The notes under the pieces were generated by a model that saw nothing but the letters and a program-made list of their open reading frames with translations, ran no database searches and was not told the DNA's origin. A stretch of 59,122 nucleotides of DNA, counting the filler. It is 9 parts of 9 records of this genome, joined end to end, with 100 filler letters (N's around TTAATTAATTAA, not from the genome) between each part and the next. Parts side by side here need not be neighbours in the genome. Positions count along the whole stretch, not along the records: positions 51,573 to 59,122 come from SRR31156797_120844; 8 more parts are not named here. One strand, written 5' to 3'. A program made the position numbers and the translations under genes. This document shows positions 57,884-59,122 of this stretch, piece after piece; within the stretch, counting starts at the first letter, position 1, and every line of letters begins with the position of its first letter.

Positions 57884-59053
57884 CTATTTGCCGACGCGAT
57901 CGGATATCCCGGATGCCAAAACCGGTGGCACGGTGCTTTTCGCGGCGGCATCGCGTTTGACCAGCAAGGCCGGTTCCCTGTCCTCGAACAGGTCGAACAG
58001 TTTGCGGAAAGCGTCGTTCTTCTCCTTGAAGATCTCAAGAAGTTCCGGATCGAATTGGCTTGGGTGCGTGCGTTCGTCGCCGTTGACGATGACGGCCTTT
58101 GCGGTTTCGTGGTCGAAGGAAGGCTTGTAGGGCCGTTCCGAGCGCAGAGCGTCGTAAACGTCGCAGATCGCCACGATACGCGATTCAAGTGGGATATCGT
58201 TTCCCCGGATGGCGTTCGGATAACCGGTGCCGTCCCAGCATTCATGGTGTGACATCGCGATATTCGAAACGGATTGCATGACCTTGCCGTGAGCGGCGCC
58301 GATGATCTGACTTCCGATGACGGTATGGTTCCGGATGATCTTCATTTCGGCGGCCGTCAGGGGCCCGGGCTTGAGGAGGATACGGTCGGGGACGCCGATC
58401 TTGCCGATATCGTGCAGTTGCGCCGCCTGTCCGATGCGTTCGACGGCATCCGGATTCCAATCCAGGGCCTCGGCAAACACCTTGGCGTAGGCACCGATCC
58501 GACGGATATGCGCACCGGTTTCATTGTCCCTTTGTTCGGCCGCGGTGGCGAGAGTCTGGAGGGTTTCGATGCGGGCGATATCGACATCCTTGGCGAGTTC
58601 ATGGATGCGTTGGTCCCGCGAGCGTATTTCCGCCGTCACCCGCTGGCTGAAAAGCGATTGCTCCTGCCGTTTGCCGTAACGCTCGGCGCACATTTCGACC
58701 GAATCCAACACCTGGCGGAGACGGAATGGCTTCAAAAGGAAGTCGGCGGCACCCAGACGCAACGCCTTGACCGCCTCTTCGACGCCGCCATCGCCGGTAA
58801 TGACGATATATTCCGGCTTGCGCTCGCTTTCCTGCGTCATCCTGGCGATGCAGTCAAGGCCGGACTGTTTGCCGAGCCGAATATCGACCATGACGACACC
58901 GATATCCGAATGGGCCTCCATCTGCTGCATGGCTTCGGCAATTGTTGCCGCCTGGTGGCTTTGCCACCCCTTGCGACCGAGGATCATGCCGAGCGTCGTC
59001 CGGATTTCCTCTTCGTCGTCTATTATGAGAATTTCTACAGTCACTTCGGTCAC
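57884..59053 (-). CDS. Response regulator with HD-GYP c-di-GMP phosphodiesterase domain (RpfG-like)
   Basis: REC domain (IIDDE, D, KPF) plus HDIGK, HHECWDGTGYP, DVYDAL, RPYK. Confidence 0.95.
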   Translation of the reverse strand: MTEVTVEILIIDDEEEIRTTLGMILGRKGWQSHQAATIAEAMQQMEAHSDIGVVMVDIRLGKQSGLDCIARMTQESERKPEYIVITGDGGVEEAVKALRLGAADFLLKPFRLRQVLDSVEMCAERYGKRQEQSLFSQRVTAEIRSRDQRIHELAKDVDIARIETLQTLATAAEQRDNETGAHIRRIGAYAKVFAEALDWNPDAVERIGQAAQLHDIGKIGVPDRILLKPGPLTAAEMKIIRNHTVIGSQIIGAAHGKVMQSVSNIAMSHHECWDGTGYPNAIRGNDIPLESRIVAICDVYDALRSERPYKPSFDHETAKAVIVNGDERTHPSQFDPELLEIFKEKNDAFRKLFDLFEDREPALLVKRDAAAKSTVPPVLASGISDRVGK

Positions 59054-59122
59054 CCGCCGGGTTGAATCCCGGCCCCTTGTTAGATTTTGGTCTCCTCGCC
59101 GATTTCCAGGAGTTTTTCGACG

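Noticed and set aside
11182-59065. Long antisense or alternate-frame ORFs (e.g. 14067-15287, 34146-35162, 42421-43539, 53218-54393, 55934-57154)
   Set aside because: They shadow well-supported genes in GC-rich DNA and carry no recognisable motifs.
1-59122. CRISPR arrays, rRNA, tRNA, transposases, integrases, reverse transcriptases
   Set aside because: None recognised on reading either strand; no regularly spaced repeat-spacer run. A manual read could miss a divergent tRNA.

Overview
This window is not one locus. It holds nine unrelated assembly fragments joined by eight identical 100-nt spacers (N44-TTAATTAATTAA-N44), so gene neighbourhood is meaningful only within a fragment. Taxon labels are impressions from gene content, not computed. 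(1) 1-10261, Desulfobacterales-like: a cobalamin-riboswitch-controlled TonB receptor/DUF4198/DUF3450/ExbB operon, and an ActP-like symporter with DUF4212 behind a long structured leader that contains a small ORF. (2) 10362-16970, spirochaete-like: lptF-lptG-tgt-murJ-HEAT protein. (3) 17071-22413, high GC: aldehyde dehydrogenase, Na+/solute symporter, secreted six-hairpin glycosidase, modBC. (4) 22514-28430, deltaproteobacterial-like: corrinoid protein plus an MtmB homologue with Val at the pyrrolysine position, divergent from a flavoprotein/ferredoxin/Mo(W)-bis-PGD operon. (5) 28531-33720: phage or satellite replication-HNH-terS-terL module. (6) 33821-41206, alphaproteobacterial-like: dapF, dapL beside a decayed dapE relic, truA, fmt, GntR-suyAB. 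(7) 41307-46315: GntR, Fe-ADH, LarA family, GntR, DTW. (8) 46416-51472: trpEDCFB without trpG, preceded by a complete attenuator with an unusually long leader peptide. (9) 51573-59122: lactonase, RND pump, TetR, HD-GYP regulator. Best leads are the non-Pyl MtmB/Mo-enzyme locus, the in situ dapE-to-dapL replacement, the trp attenuator, the actP leader and the Fe-ADH/LarA operon. All homology calls come from recognising motifs by eye; no searches were run.
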